From assembly GCA_963667175.2 (NCBI GenBank), contig CAXXXF010000006.1:32001-96000 (forward strand): DNA of 64,000 nucleotides. The letters run 5' to 3'. Below the pieces are notes generated by a model. The model did no database searches. It worked only from the letters and a program-made list of their open reading frames with translations, and was not told where the DNA came from. The stretch is from Candidatus Latescibacterota bacterium. GTDB taxonomy: Bacteria > Latescibacterota > UBA2968 > GCA-2709665. A program made the position numbers and the translations under genes. Below, piece after piece: positions 1-10,016 of the stretch; positions within the stretch are counted from its first letter, which is position 1; every line of letters begins with the position of its first letter.

Positions 1-905
1 AATTCGTTCAATGGACCCTCGACCTCACTCTTGAAGTCAATTTCGTCAAGATCGACCGTTCCGAATCCGCTCTGCGCGGCCACGAGGAGATGGTTGCGGT
101 CGCGACGGAATGGCGGCGTGGGCCAATCGGAAGTGGGATCGTGCCCCATCAGGCTCGTGCCGACGGCATCGGTGGCGATGATCTGGTCGCCCGAGATGAG
201 GGCGTTGCACACGCGGCCCTCGCCGTCCCATTCACGACCCCATTGACCTGTCGTGGCGTCGATGATATTGAGGCACGGGTTGGTAATACGCGCCAGATCG
301 GGCAGCACGTAGGACAGCCGGATTGCGTGGTGGAAGTAGGTGCGCACGCGACCCTCCGGCGGAATCGTGGGCGTGAGGCCAAAGAGGTTCTTGGTGCAAA
401 GTGTGACGCCCATGAACAGGTGGTTCTTCAACTTGGCGACGGAAACGACCTCATCCGCTTCGCTGAAGCACCGGCTGAGCGTATAGCGCTGGAACATGCA
501 GCCGCCGCCCGGTACGTCATACTCGGCGAAGGGAGGATAATTCGACTCCGCGTGCTCGACGTCAAATTCCTCGAGCAGCGGAAGGTAGTTGAAGTAGTCC
601 GTCGCGGCCCCGGACGCGTCCCGGCAGAATGTGTCGGCGGCGACAAGGTCCGCGGACGTCCGCTCGCGCAGGAGCCGAAGGACGGCGCGGAAGACGGCAT
701 CGTCGACAAGCTCTCGACGGCGGCCCTTGAATCGAGCCACGTTCGTATGCCCCATGTTGAACTTGAACGCAATGCGCCCCGCTCTCTCAAGCTTCTCCCA
801 GGAACGCGCAAGCGGGGCGGTGGCCCGAACCAGGTTCTCATAGACCTCTTCGTCGGAGGCCCGGTGATCGCAATGGACTGCACGAACGCTGAATTTATGG
901 TTCAT
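1..905 (-). CDS. DUF362 domain protein (3' end outside window)
   Basis: Own translation from ATG at 905 with AAGGAG RBS: MNHKFSVRAVH...VVSVAKLKNHLFMGVTLCTKNLFG...ISGDQIIATDAVG; the KLKxH...TLxxKNLFG motif is typical of DUF362. Confidence 0.8.
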   Translation of the reverse strand, partial: MNHKFSVRAVHCDHRASDEEVYENLVRATAPLARSWEKLERAGRIAFKFNMGHTNVARFKGRRRELVDDAVFRAVLRLLRERTSADLVAADTFCRDASGAATDYFNYLPLLEEFDVEHAESNYPPFAEYDVPGGGCMFQRYTLSRCFSEADEVVSVAKLKNHLFMGVTLCTKNLFGLTPTIPPEGRVRTYFHHAIRLSYVLPDLARITNPCLNIIDATTGQWGREWDGEGRVCNALISGDQIIATDAVGTSLMGHDPTSDWPTPPFRRDRNHLLVAAQSGFGTVDLDEIDFKSEVEGPLNE

Positions 906-1082
906 TTCTATACTCTCCTTGTGTGAACGGCGGTTCCGGGGTCGGTCCATCAGACGATGGGTTGCCCGAATGTTTCAACAGGCTGGGACAGTCGCGGCGT
1001 CTCGTGCGATGGCGGAATGCCGGCAGGGTAGCTCATCCGGCAAATTCCAAACCGATGTGTAATGAGATATGTTCCTTCAACT

Positions 1083-1424
1083 TCAATTGCCATCCATTTC
1101 CTGAGATAGATCCACGAGCAACGACAATTCTGTCACCGACCTTCGAACCCACGTGTCTCGCTTGAATTGACGGTGATATGCATCAATTTCGCGCAAAGAC
1201 TCGTTGGCCACACGCTGTGCCCGCTCCATATTCTCCGAGCGAATGTAGGAAAGCAGGTAGTCGTCACCGTTCAAGGAGAAAAGAAACCAGGACTCAATGT
1301 CCACTCCTTCATCGCGTAGTGTCGCCAATGCTTCGTCTTTGCGCGCATTGATTGTACTTGCCCATTCCGACACCCGTTCGCCGGAGTCTTTCTTAAGCTT
1401 TATCAGGTACGCCTTCACGTCCAT
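1083..1424 (-). CDS. DUF6176-like small alpha/beta protein
   Basis: 113 aa ORF; EALATLRDEGVxIESWFL and IDAYHRQFK segments resemble DUF6176. Confidence 0.65.
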   Translation of the reverse strand: MDVKAYLIKLKKDSGERVSEWASTINARKDEALATLRDEGVDIESWFLFSLNGDDYLLSYIRSENMERAQRVANESLREIDAYHRQFKRDTWVRRSVTELSLLVDLSQEMDGN

Positions 1425-1480
1425 GGTCGCTCCGGTTATTTGTCCAGACTGTATGCTACTTCAGTTGACGTTTCTGTCAG

Positions 1481-1572
1481 CCGTATGCCGGCCTCCGGCG
1501 TGCCAGGTTGGGTAATGAGGAGCAGCCGGCTTTCCTTCGTGATATAGGCGTAAGCTCTTTGACGGTTTTCAT
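1481..1572 (-). pseudogene. 5' fragment of a NUDIX hydrolase gene, frameshifted
   Basis: Reads RAYAYITKESRLLLITQPGTPEAGI, matching the N-terminus of 10017..10457. The ATG is out of frame by one base and homology stops after ~30 codons. Confidence 0.75.
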
Positions 1573-1711
1573 TGGAGTGGGGATCGGAGAAACCCGTGTC
1601 TCACGTGTCCTGTAACATTCTCGGCACCCCCGTTGCCGGAGGTGCCGTGTCAACCGATATATAGGCTTGTCGGATCACCTGAGATTTAAGTGCCAACCAT
1701 TACCTCTTTTT

Positions 1712-2017
1712 TCATTCATCTCCTGCTAGTGCTTCTGACCAACGCCTGGCCATTGCCCTCAATTCTTCCTCATGGTCGGGCCAATCGTGAAGCGTGGCTG
1801 GATCAAAGTCAGCACCATTGGGCCAGACGAGTGTATGGACCTCGGAATCGATACGCACCTGATTAAAGAGCACTTCATCCATCAGAGGTCCGAACAACTC
1901 GCCCTCGAGAACCGGACGAAAATCGATTTCCTGTGTCGTTTTATCGTTGAATCTGACATTGATCCGATGAGGCCCGACAATCTCAAATTCAATGACTTCA
2001 TAGATCGAATGACTCAT
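1712..2017 (-). CDS. DUF2442 family putative antitoxin
   Basis: VRFND...IDFRPVLEGELFGPL...TLVWPNGADFDPATL motif; directly downstream of a DUF4160 gene. Confidence 0.85.
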   Translation of the reverse strand: MSHSIYEVIEFEIVGPHRINVRFNDKTTQEIDFRPVLEGELFGPLMDEVLFNQVRIDSEVHTLVWPNGADFDPATLHDWPDHEEELRAMARRWSEALAGDE

Positions 2018-2028
2018 TCCATTCTCCC

Positions 2029-2298
2029 TTAATGTAGCGGATCGATCGGCAAGGGCGGATGCCCGGATTGGAGCCGATCCCAATCTACAAGTAGCTCAAT
2101 CTGGTGTAACTCCGCCCAGGCTTCGACGAATCGTCGTTGCCGGCGTGGCAAAGTCCCTGCGATCAATTCAACAGTATCCACAGCGTAAACGGCCACTTCA
2201 TCTTGATAGTAGGCGTGAAAATGAGGCCGATGGTGCTGTGTTCTCGGTTCGGCAAACATGCGAATGATGATTCCGAAAAACCGAGAAATCTCAGGCAC
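2029..2298 (-). CDS. DUF4160 family putative toxin
   Basis: GTG start with AAGGAAG RBS; PEISRFFGIIIRMF...HHRPHFHAYY...VEAWAELHQIELLVDW. Confidence 0.85.
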   Translation of the reverse strand: MPEISRFFGIIIRMFAEPRTQHHRPHFHAYYQDEVAVYAVDTVELIAGTLPRRQRRFVEAWAELHQIELLVDWDRLQSGHPPLPIDPLH

Positions 2299-2450
2299 TT
2301 GTCTTCCTTGCGATATGGATTCTGTCGACATAATCCCGCAGGAAGTATACCGAATTCTGCGAGGGTAGGCAAAACCCGAATTTGGAGAGGTGGGCGTCTG
2401 CTGTTGCACATGCGAGCTTGACCAATAAGCCCGTCAAATCTCCATGTTGG

Positions 2451-2580
2451 CGAGCGTCCTCAAAGACTGCGAAACCGCGAAGAAAGTTAGGCGAGGGGGC
2501 TGTTGCCTCGAATCCGCGGACACGGTGCTACCTGTGTACGCTACTTCGGTTGGGGGACGGTATGCATCGGGTTGGCTGAT
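2451..2580 (-). repeat. Long attC-like intergenic repeat, copy 1 (related to 5706..5838)
   Basis: Colinear similarity over ~125 bp (gcgaaga.agtt.ggcga ... cctgtgt.cg.t.cttcggt.gggg ... gcatcgggt.ggctgat). Confidence 0.6.
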
Positions 2581-2712
2581 TCTCGCCTTTCAGGCTATGC
2601 CTTCGATTGCAGCCTCGCCCAGGCGAATCGCCGCATCGGGAAGCGCGAGTATTCGGTCTTCCAGTCCCCAGGTTCTCCGGTTCGACGACGTCGGCCCCCA
2701 CTTCCGGTGGAG

Positions 2713-3567
2713 CTAGCAGAGGCGTTTGGCATAATAGTCGGCGAAGATGAGCGGGAGTGCGGCCCGTTCATCATCTGTGGGAGGCCGGATCGAGAAGTAC
2801 CCCTTAACGAACTGCTGCATTTCCTCATCGGTAAGCTGTCGACCCACGGTCCCCATCAGCCATTGCATCCGGACCATCACGACGTCCTCGAGCGCCGGAG
2901 CGACGTGAGCTGAATTGAAGTCGGTGAAACGGACTTCGCCTGATGGCGAAGAAATCGTGTTCCAGCTTCGCACGTCTCCACGACAGAAGAGCCACCGGAC
3001 GTCCATCTTTTTAGGTGTGTCATTCAACTGTGCTCGAAGCCGAGCGACAGCGTCCGCCATGTCCGAGGAAAACGTCGTCCTCTCGCAATATTCCAGAGCC
3101 TCGGAGATGTACGGCCGCACATCTCCGACTTCTGATCTGCAGGCTGGAAAGTCTTCGCTCGCATCGTGAACCCGTGCGAGCGCCACCCCCACGTCGCGGA
3201 GCGTGTCGACGCGGTCTGCGACCTCTCCCTCCAGGAAGCCCTCGACCGAAATCACCAGGTCTCGAACGGACTTGCATAAGCTTCCGTCCGTGGTTGGCCG
3301 GATGTCAGGACAGGGCGCGCCGCGATCGGAAAGGTGTCGCACGAACGCCGCGATGGTTTCGGGATGGGTCGCACAGTCCCACCCCGGATTCACGCGGAAC
3401 ACAACGCGTCCGTCCCGCAAGCTGTCGCAAAAGAAGACGCACCGCGAATTCGCCCTGCGGACGCGGGTTACTTCCAAGTCCCAGAATCGCTTGCAGAGAT
3501 CCACGATCTCCCTCTGATCAGGCAGCGGGCCCGTTTTATCTCTAGTTCTGGGATAACGTGTTTCCAC
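2713..3567 (-). CDS. Aminoglycoside phosphotransferase/homoserine kinase-like protein, possibly with premature stop
   Basis: RGDVRSWN catalytic-loop-like and FTDFN metal-binding-like motifs. The frame stays open 40 codons past the TAG, to 2590. Confidence 0.75.
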   Translation of the reverse strand: METRYPRTRDKTGPLPDQREIVDLCKRFWDLEVTRVRRANSRCVFFCDSLRDGRVVFRVNPGWDCATHPETIAAFVRHLSDRGAPCPDIRPTTDGSLCKSVRDLVISVEGFLEGEVADRVDTLRDVGVALARVHDASEDFPACRSEVGDVRPYISEALEYCERTTFSSDMADAVARLRAQLNDTPKKMDVRWLFCRGDVRSWNTISSPSGEVRFTDFNSAHVAPALEDVVMVRMQWLMGTVGRQLTDEEMQQFVKGYFSIRPPTDDERAALPLIFADYYAKRLC

Positions 3568-3607
3568 TTGCTCTCTTAGCTCAGGGCCGGTCGTATCTGC
3601 ACGTAGC

Positions 3608-3696
3608 TGGTGACGTTATGGCTGTTCTGCGAACCTGACGAAGCCAGCTTGGGGCGAGGGGTGGATACCTCGAGCCGCAGACAGCCAGTTCTACGC
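3608..3696 (-). repeat. attC-like site
   Basis: ggtgacgtt ... tggctgttctgcg pairs with cgcagacagcca (one bulged base) ... gttctac; carries the family motif tgcgaacc. Confidence 0.65.
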
Positions 3697-3817
3697 TTGC
3701 GGCATGGCCCCTTTCATACGAAGCATAAGAACGGACTAACTCGAGGCCCACACCGAAAACACTCGATTTTGTACTTCCTGAATCTGGTCTTTCAGTCAGC
3801 CAGAGCTCAATTTACCG

Positions 3818-4333
3818 TCATGAATCGATGGCATGAAGATTGTACCGGTCAAATAGCATCCTGGTCTTCGGATTCCTCATCGCCCCGAGTACAGAGATTC
3901 CGACAACCTCTCCTCCCAGGCGTTCGATCAATCTGACGAGAGCCTTCGCCTGAGCCCCGGTTTCTATCACATCATCGACGACCAGAATTCGATCACCCTC
4001 AGAAACAAGACTGCGATTCACCTCCAGTGCCTTCTTCGTTCCTGTATAGTCAACAAAGGAAATCTGAGCCACATATCGACGAAGCGTAGGAAGGGCGCCT
4101 CCCGTCCTTATCGGTATAAATCCCTTTCCCAGTTTGAGTGCCACCGCGCTGCCTAGGACGAAGCCCAATGCTTCTGGACTCGCAACCTTTTCGAACTGCA
4201 CCCCCACAAATGGTCTGGCCAAATCGGTCACCAGATGCTTTAACACGGCGGGACTATTGCAAAGGGGCGTTAGATCGACCTTGTTTCCCCGAACCCTACG
4301 ACCTATATGGCCCTTGTAGTAGCTCCAATCCAT
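3818..4333 (-). CDS. Adenine phosphoribosyltransferase-like type I PRTase
   Basis: PEALGFVLG and PRPP-binding ILVVDDVIETGA motifs. Confidence 0.85.
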   Translation of the reverse strand: MDWSYYKGHIGRRVRGNKVDLTPLCNSPAVLKHLVTDLARPFVGVQFEKVASPEALGFVLGSAVALKLGKGFIPIRTGGALPTLRRYVAQISFVDYTGTKKALEVNRSLVSEGDRILVVDDVIETGAQAKALVRLIERLGGEVVGISVLGAMRNPKTRMLFDRYNLHAIDS

Positions 4334-4404
4334 TGTTCACGCCGTTCCTGAGCAGGAAGCTTGTCGATAATTCAGATTGTCGGCGGGACACTTTACTGAC
4401 CACA

Positions 4405-4826
4405 CTATCTGGTTGGTCTACCTGCATGCCTGGACACAAGACGCGCGATTGACGCTTCCAGTGTACCCTTTGACTTACAATGTCTAATTGCACTAAGAAC
4501 CCTGAGACGCGTAAATTCTGTATTCTCTTCAATCACTATTTAAAATAAATCCAAGCAGCTTCGCTTCTGTGAAACTGAGCCCAATCACAGTTCGCGTAGC
4601 GTGGCATATCATGCATATAGAAATCTCTTTCTGCATAGATAACACCACTATCCCTCTTCGTGTATCGAATATCTACCTGCTGAGATTCAAGATAGGTTGT
4701 TACCGCATCCCAGACCAGCGCCTTTGGAGTCTTTTTGAAATCCTGCCGCAATTCGAAATCATAAAGCTGGGAATACGCAGAGCAACTTACCAACAATAAA
4801 CAGAAAATTACACCGAAAGATCGCAC
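4405..4826 (-). pseudogene. Frameshifted putative lipoprotein/exported protein
   Basis: Signal-like N-terminus (LLLVSC). ORF stops at 4536, but adding one A in the ttttaaa run continues IVIEENTEFTRLRVLSAIRHCKSKGTLEASI to a stop at 4405. Confidence 0.55.
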
Positions 4827-5680
4827 AATAGGTCACCCATGTTAGAGTTCTCCGTACCTACGCACCCGAGCAGCGGGCCCGTTTCATCTCTGGATCTGGG
4901 ATAGCTGCCAAGCCAGTCTCCCGTCACGAATTCAAACGACCAGTTGTCTGTGTTCAGCACACCCATGCACCCCTCGTGGACTGCCGGCTTTTGTGATCGC
5001 CGCGCATCGCTGACGACACTTGCGACCTGCACGCACATTGTGTCATACACCCGGCGTGGTGCGACGGGGTGGTGGAAATGGCCATACACATGAAATGCAG
5101 GTTTTCGTTTCTTCAGGAAGCTCAGCATCGCATCGGGACCCGGCGCCAGGCCTTCGGATTCGGCGCCGACTCCGAATCCTCCTTCGTGGGAGACCAGGAC
5201 TTCGACGACATCCCCTGAACGAGAATCGAGCCCGCCGGGATCCCCTGCTTCACAGAATCCAACCCGTACGTCCCGATCGTGATGGACGAATCCGTCGGGA
5301 ACGGACTCGAAGATACCGTGCGGATCGATGGGTTGGGGATGTCCAGGTCCTTCTTCATCTAAAGTTCGAAGCGCTGCGAATTCGTCGTGGTTCCCCGCCG
5401 TAACCAGAATGGGCCGAGTCAGATACTCACGGATCCTGGCAGGGAGAGTGGCTTCAACACTATCCAGCAGGATCAGCTTAGCCAGGTCATAGACGGCAGG
5501 ATCCCACTTCTCGAACCTGTCGTATGGCACGTCTCCAGTCCTGGGTTCCGGCAAAACCCCCAGGTCACCTACCTGCACCACGAGATCAAACGGTCTTCTC
5601 CTTTCGGATTGCCAAACCAGCAGGACTGACAGGGCGTGACAAACCCGCCCGTGTACATCACCGATGAATGCAATCTCCAT
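4808..5680 (-). CDS. Calcineurin-like metallophosphoesterase
   Basis: GDVHG, GDLG, GNHD and GHFH motifs. Confidence 0.85.
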   Translation of the reverse strand: MEIAFIGDVHGRVCHALSVLLVWQSERRRPFDLVVQVGDLGVLPEPRTGDVPYDRFEKWDPAVYDLAKLILLDSVEATLPARIREYLTRPILVTAGNHDEFAALRTLDEEGPGHPQPIDPHGIFESVPDGFVHHDRDVRVGFCEAGDPGGLDSRSGDVVEVLVSHEGGFGVGAESEGLAPGPDAMLSFLKKRKPAFHVYGHFHHPVAPRRVYDTMCVQVASVVSDARRSQKPAVHEGCMGVLNTDNWSFEFVTGDWLGSYPRSRDETGPLLGCVGTENSNMGDLLCDLSV

Positions 5681-5705
5681 GGCGTTCTCGTTCCATTCAG
5701 CTTGC

Positions 5706-5838
5706 GCCTGACGTTTCCGCGGGCTACGAGACTGCGAAGAGAGTTGGGCGAAAGGCCCTTTGCCTTGAATTCGAGTACACCTTATTGCCTGTGTGCGATG
5801 CTTCGGTGGGGGAAAAGGTAAGCATCGGGTCGGCTGAT
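5706..5838 (-). repeat. Long attC-like intergenic repeat, copy 2
   Basis: Begins gcctgacgtt (core-like); similar to 2451..2580. Confidence 0.6.
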
Positions 5839-5875
5839 CGCGCGCCCCGCGCGAAGTGGTACATGTCGTGCGACG

Positions 5876-6319
5876 CTATTGGTCCAGCCGTTTGTAGAAG
5901 AACACCTCTCCCAATTCATCGTCAAAGGGAATTCCCTCCAGATTCCCACAGCGTTCGAAGCCTACATGCCTGTGCCAGGTTTGAGGTTCATGCTCGTTGA
6001 CAGCACATGAACTCAGCAGAACCGTCTCGTCTCGTTCCCTCAAGAGACGCTCCAGAAATCCCAGGAACGCCCTCCCTACACCCTTGCCTTGGTATTCCTT
6101 ATTCACGACGATTGAGCTGATATAAGGGATCCCGCCCTGTTGACCTGGCCACAAATACGAAAGGTGCAACGCGCCTGCCAATCCGCCACCAGACTCAGCC
6201 ACGAACAATTCACTCAGACCGGGAATCTGATGAGCGGGGTAATTGGAGTCCAGCTTTAGTGTATACCTGCACCAGTCCAAATCGGAATCGGTGGCCGGTC
6301 GTATGGGGATCTCATTCAA
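5876..6319 (-). CDS. GNAT family N-acetyltransferase
   Basis: VNKEYQGKGVG acetyl-CoA motif. Probable TTG start at 6319 with GGAG upstream; the longer ORF overlaps the next gene. Confidence 0.8.
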   Translation of the reverse strand: MNEIPIRPATDSDLDWCRYTLKLDSNYPAHQIPGLSELFVAESGGGLAGALHLSYLWPGQQGGIPYISSIVVNKEYQGKGVGRAFLGFLERLLRERDETVLLSSCAVNEHEPQTWHRHVGFERCGNLEGIPFDDELGEVFFYKRLDQ

Positions 6320-6458
6320 TGTTGGAGTGCTCCCGATATTGCATACCTTACGCCCTACCTTTTGTTCTGTGTGGGAAACCGGTTGCCCGAAATCAGCTGC
6401 CAAGTCGCACGTAAGTCCGGAACCACGAGCGCCCCCTCGTCGTCTCCCGGGCCAACCC

Positions 6459-7067
6459 TCACAGGATCTCCTTGCCGAAGTCGGCGTAGGTCCCTGCGGC
6501 GGAAAGCCTGATCGGGGCGTTGATTCCATCCAGCTCGGTGGCCACGGAATCCAGTGCTGCGAAATCGGGGACGGTCCACACGGCCAGCCCGCCGGGTTCG
6601 GGCGCCAGCATCCCGATTCTCTGGACGAGGAGATTGAGGGTGAACTCAGGATGCTGTTTTGCACGGCTCTCGTAGAAGCCCCTGACCGTATCCGCGGTGT
6701 CGCGGGAAGCGAAAAACTCGGCGTAGTAGGCGCCGTTGCGGGCCGGGACCGGTTCGAGCAGCGGAGTGTAGCACCCGGCCGCGTCGATCCGCGCGACCTG
6801 AAAGAACGGCTGTTCCAGGTCGTCCGCCTCGCCGCTTCGAAAGATCCGGTCCCACGCGTCGATCCTGTCAAGGCCGGCGTTCCGCGTGTGCCAGACCGTC
6901 ATATAGCCCGGATCGGGCCCCAATCGCCACGTGCGGCCGACGGACAGAACCAACTCGTCCTCATACCCGCTGTCCCACCCCTCCTGGCCCTGTGCGGCCT
7001 GCGAGCGAAACGTCTCCGGATCGACGCCCGGCAGACGGCTGATGTACTCGATGTAAACAAGGCCCAT
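6459..7067 (-). CDS. Hypothetical protein, two similar alpha/beta halves
   Basis: 202 aa ORF 21 bp downstream of the oxidoreductase; internal repeat YIEYISR / YAEFFAS. Confidence 0.6.
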   Translation of the reverse strand: MGLVYIEYISRLPGVDPETFRSQAAQGQEGWDSGYEDELVLSVGRTWRLGPDPGYMTVWHTRNAGLDRIDAWDRIFRSGEADDLEQPFFQVARIDAAGCYTPLLEPVPARNGAYYAEFFASRDTADTVRGFYESRAKQHPEFTLNLLVQRIGMLAPEPGGLAVWTVPDFAALDSVATELDGINAPIRLSAAGTYADFGKEIL

Positions 7068-7088
7068 CGCGTGTGTTGTCCTGTTGCC

Positions 7089-8141
7089 TCACGGCCTGGC
7101 CACAGGGACCTCTTTCCCGGTCGCCGCCGAGGCATAGAGCGCGTCCATGAGCCGCTGAATTCGCACGATCTCCGTACCCGATACGGGAGAAGCCTCACCC
7201 TGGCGGACGGCACGCAGGAATTCGACGATCAGCGGCCTCATATCGTAGTCGGCGGGCTTCAAGGCGGGGGTCTCCTCACGCCACGATCGTCCGTCGTCGG
7301 TCCAGATTTGAAGTGGCGAAATAGACGCTGCACCGCGGTCGCCGAGAAGGGTCCAGCCTTCGTGTCTGTCAGACGGCGCCTGAAGAAAATTCGCTTCCAC
7401 AGTCAGGATGGTATTGCCGGACAGCCGAATAAAGGCCGCGCCGTAGTCCTCGAAATCCGGATCGAGCGACGCCGGATCGACGTCGTCTCGTATGGTTCCG
7501 GCCGCAATCGGGTAACTGGAGACCCGCTGATGGCAGAATGCGCTGGCGGTCAGCGGTTCAAGGTTGCCAAGCAGCCAGAGCACGAGGTCGAGGTTGTGGA
7601 TCGTCCAGTGCGCGAGAGCGCCGCCGCCGCACGATCCACGCGACCGGTGCGCCATCGCCGGCAGTCCTCGGGCACACCCACCCCACGTTCGAACCGCGTG
7701 TACGTGACCGAGTACGCCGTCCGCGATCCGGTCTCTCAGGTACCGGGACTCGGCCCAGGTCCGGTATTGGAAGCAGATGCTCAGCAGTCGATCGTTTGTT
7801 TCGGCGGCATGGATCATGTCCCGTGCCTCGTCCGAATTCATCGCAACGGGCTTTTCGCACAGGACGTGACATCCCGCCTCAAGGCACATCACCGCGAGGG
7901 CTCGATGACTCGAGGGTAGCGTCGCAATGCTCACGACGTCGGGCCGGGTCCTTTCGAGCATCTCTTCCGCATCCAGAAATCCGGCGACGTCAAACTGCTT
8001 TCCGGCCCACGCCACCCGTTCTGGTTCCAGATCGCACACGCCTACAAGCGAACAGACTCCGGCATCTTCCGCCTCCTTGTAGGCCGGCAGATGTTGCGTG
8101 GTTGCGATCTGGCCGCACCCGATCACGGCGACTTTAGTCAT
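7089..8141 (-). CDS. Gfo/Idh/MocA family oxidoreductase
   Basis: KVAVIGCGQIA Rossmann motif and HVLCEKP. Confidence 0.92.
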   Translation of the reverse strand: MTKVAVIGCGQIATTQHLPAYKEAEDAGVCSLVGVCDLEPERVAWAGKQFDVAGFLDAEEMLERTRPDVVSIATLPSSHRALAVMCLEAGCHVLCEKPVAMNSDEARDMIHAAETNDRLLSICFQYRTWAESRYLRDRIADGVLGHVHAVRTWGGCARGLPAMAHRSRGSCGGGALAHWTIHNLDLVLWLLGNLEPLTASAFCHQRVSSYPIAAGTIRDDVDPASLDPDFEDYGAAFIRLSGNTILTVEANFLQAPSDRHEGWTLLGDRGAASISPLQIWTDDGRSWREETPALKPADYDMRPLIVEFLRAVRQGEASPVSGTEIVRIQRLMDALYASAATGKEVPVARP

Positions 8142-8383
8142 GAGCCCCTCGCAGCAGGAGGATAAACTTCACGCCGGATCGCAACACCGATGCGTTGTGC
8201 GCCATCACTCGGGCGTTCGACCCGCCCATCGTCAACGACTCGACGATTCATTGAGCCGCGCCAGTCACGTCGAAGCTCTCAATGGGACGAACGTTTAGCG
8301 CACATCATTGATGATTGTCTTGGGTTATTGATCATTTACTTCCTGTATACGACACCTACCGGGCGTGTTGATGAAAATTATCA

Positions 8384-8560
8384 TCAGACGGCAAAGGGCG
8401 CCTTGGTTGGTTTGCGACGTGGAAATGACACGGGCTTGCGGGACAATCGGGCTTGCCGCTTTTGAATATCTTCAAAAATAGCATCAATATCGTAATCAAA
8501 CTTAGCCGCGTATTGCTCACGGAGCTTCCGTGTTTCTTCCACTATCGGATCTTTCCACAT
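8384..8560 (-). CDS. Small protein, probable antitoxin partner of the PIN toxin (not in ORF track)
   Basis: Own translation MWKDPIVEETRKLREQYAAKFDYDIDAIFEDIQKRQ... (58 aa), starting 3 bp after the PIN stop. Confidence 0.7.
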   Translation of the reverse strand: MWKDPIVEETRKLREQYAAKFDYDIDAIFEDIQKRQARLSRKPVSFPRRKPTKAPFAV

Positions 8561-8563
8561 AAC

Positions 8564-9037
8564 TCAACCCTCCATCAGTTCCTGAGGTGTGCAGATGATA
8601 GGCGGTGCAAAACCTTGTTGAAAACAGATCTCTTCTATCCGCGGTCTCAAGGCCGCATTTGCAATGTGCATGCAATTCCACGTGAGCAGATATTCCATGC
8701 CGTGCACCGCTGCAACTGCGATATGGTAGGCATCCATTTCAGCTGTGTCCGGAATCGGTCCTTCAAGAACCAGTTTTCTGGCAAGTTCCCTGACTGCTTC
8801 GGTCACCGCAAGCTTTGGTAAAGCTTCAATGGCATCCAGACGTCTCTGCGCAAACTCAGGATCTCCAAGGCTCGCTTCTGCGGAAATCAGTTCGGAAACA
8901 AAGAGATCGAAATCGGGCCGACGTGTGTCCCACCACTCAATGGTTGTACTCTGATTTGCCGCAACCCTGAGGTCGTTGCTTAAACGTGCGGCCAGATAAC
9001 TGAGCATCGATGTTTCTATGTAGACCTTTGGCTTCAC
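8564..9037 (-). CDS. PIN domain (VapC-like) toxin
   Basis: VYIETSMLSYL...DAYHIAVA...YLLTWNCMHIAN. Confidence 0.88.
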   Translation of the reverse strand: MKPKVYIETSMLSYLAARLSNDLRVAANQSTTIEWWDTRRPDFDLFVSELISAEASLGDPEFAQRRLDAIEALPKLAVTEAVRELARKLVLEGPIPDTAEMDAYHIAVAAVHGMEYLLTWNCMHIANAALRPRIEEICFQQGFAPPIICTPQELMEG

Positions 9038-9194
9038 TGGTTACTCCAGTTTGCATATTTGATTACCTACTGATTGTGTAAGAAGGACTCAATCAATCTC
9101 AGTCCTGAAAAATACCTGAAAAAATCCAGGATGAGGCCATAATTCTTGTGTGCGATCATTTTGGGTGGCGCGTTGAGGTTTTCGCGCTGCTTGC

Positions 9195-9277
9195 ATTTAA
9201 CGGCGCGCCGGTTTGCGAACCGAGAAGGGAGTTGCCGAAGGCCAGGGCTCAGTTGCCCAAGACGTGCTACATTAAGC
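9195..9277 (-). repeat. attC-like site (degenerate right arm)
   Basis: atttaacg ... ccggtttgcgaacc ... gttgccgaaggccagg ... attaagc. Confidence 0.7.
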
Positions 9278-9305
9278 AGATATCGGCGGCTATGCGAAGC
9301 CCCGG

Positions 9306-9884
9306 TCAAATCTCCCAACCTGACTGATATGTACGGCCTTTGAGGCGTTGGGCAAGTTCGACAAATACTGTCAACGACTTCCTCACTCGTGAAGTTGACG
9401 CCTGGTCCAGTTTATTGTCCGACGTCCAGTTTGCTTCGTGCACGTATACATTGTAAGGACTCACGATGCATTTGAAGTCGAGAATCATCGAGACGGCCAG
9501 CGACGTAAACGCCATATAGCTGTGCGGCACACCACCCGAATTGACAAACATCACTACCTTGTCATAGAAGGCGCCTCTGAGCGATCCGCCTGGTGGCGTA
9601 GAGCCAATATACTCGACGAATTTCTTGAGCTCGGAGCAACAGGCCCAGTTGTAGACCGGACTGGCCAATATTACCGCATCAGATGCCGAAACGATCCTGT
9701 GGCACGATTGGTACACCTCAGACGAATAGATCTCGTCGTCGTCGAAATTCGGCGGATCAAGCTGACAAAGATCGATGAAATCAACCTGGATGCCCCTGTC
9801 TTCCAGCGCGGTCCGACACATAATGGCCAGCACCCTGCTTCGACTATCGGCCTTGAGACTGCTGCTGACGACCGAAATCCTCAT
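9306..9884 (-). CDS. NADPH-dependent FMN reductase
   Basis: SSSLKADSRS and ILASPVYNW...LKKFVE motifs. Confidence 0.88.
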   Translation of the reverse strand: MRISVVSSSLKADSRSRVLAIMCRTALEDRGIQVDFIDLCQLDPPNFDDDEIYSSEVYQSCHRIVSASDAVILASPVYNWACCSELKKFVEYIGSTPPGGSLRGAFYDKVVMFVNSGGVPHSYMAFTSLAVSMILDFKCIVSPYNVYVHEANWTSDNKLDQASTSRVRKSLTVFVELAQRLKGRTYQSGWEI

Positions 9885-10016
9885 CTGGAACTTTCCTCAA
9901 AGTCGGCACGCATCTGGCGCCCGGCTTCCCACCGGAATCCGAACACCGAAACCTGACGAGGGGCAGCTGCGGGATATGGCGAAACAGACGCGCCAGCGCG
10001 CAACAAAAGGATTGCA

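Noticed and set aside
6243-7919. Long + strand ORFs (e.g. 90..926, 6243..7919, 46660..47856, 50630..52177)
   Set aside because: Antisense shadows of well-supported minus-strand genes in GC-rich DNA, with no recognisable motifs.
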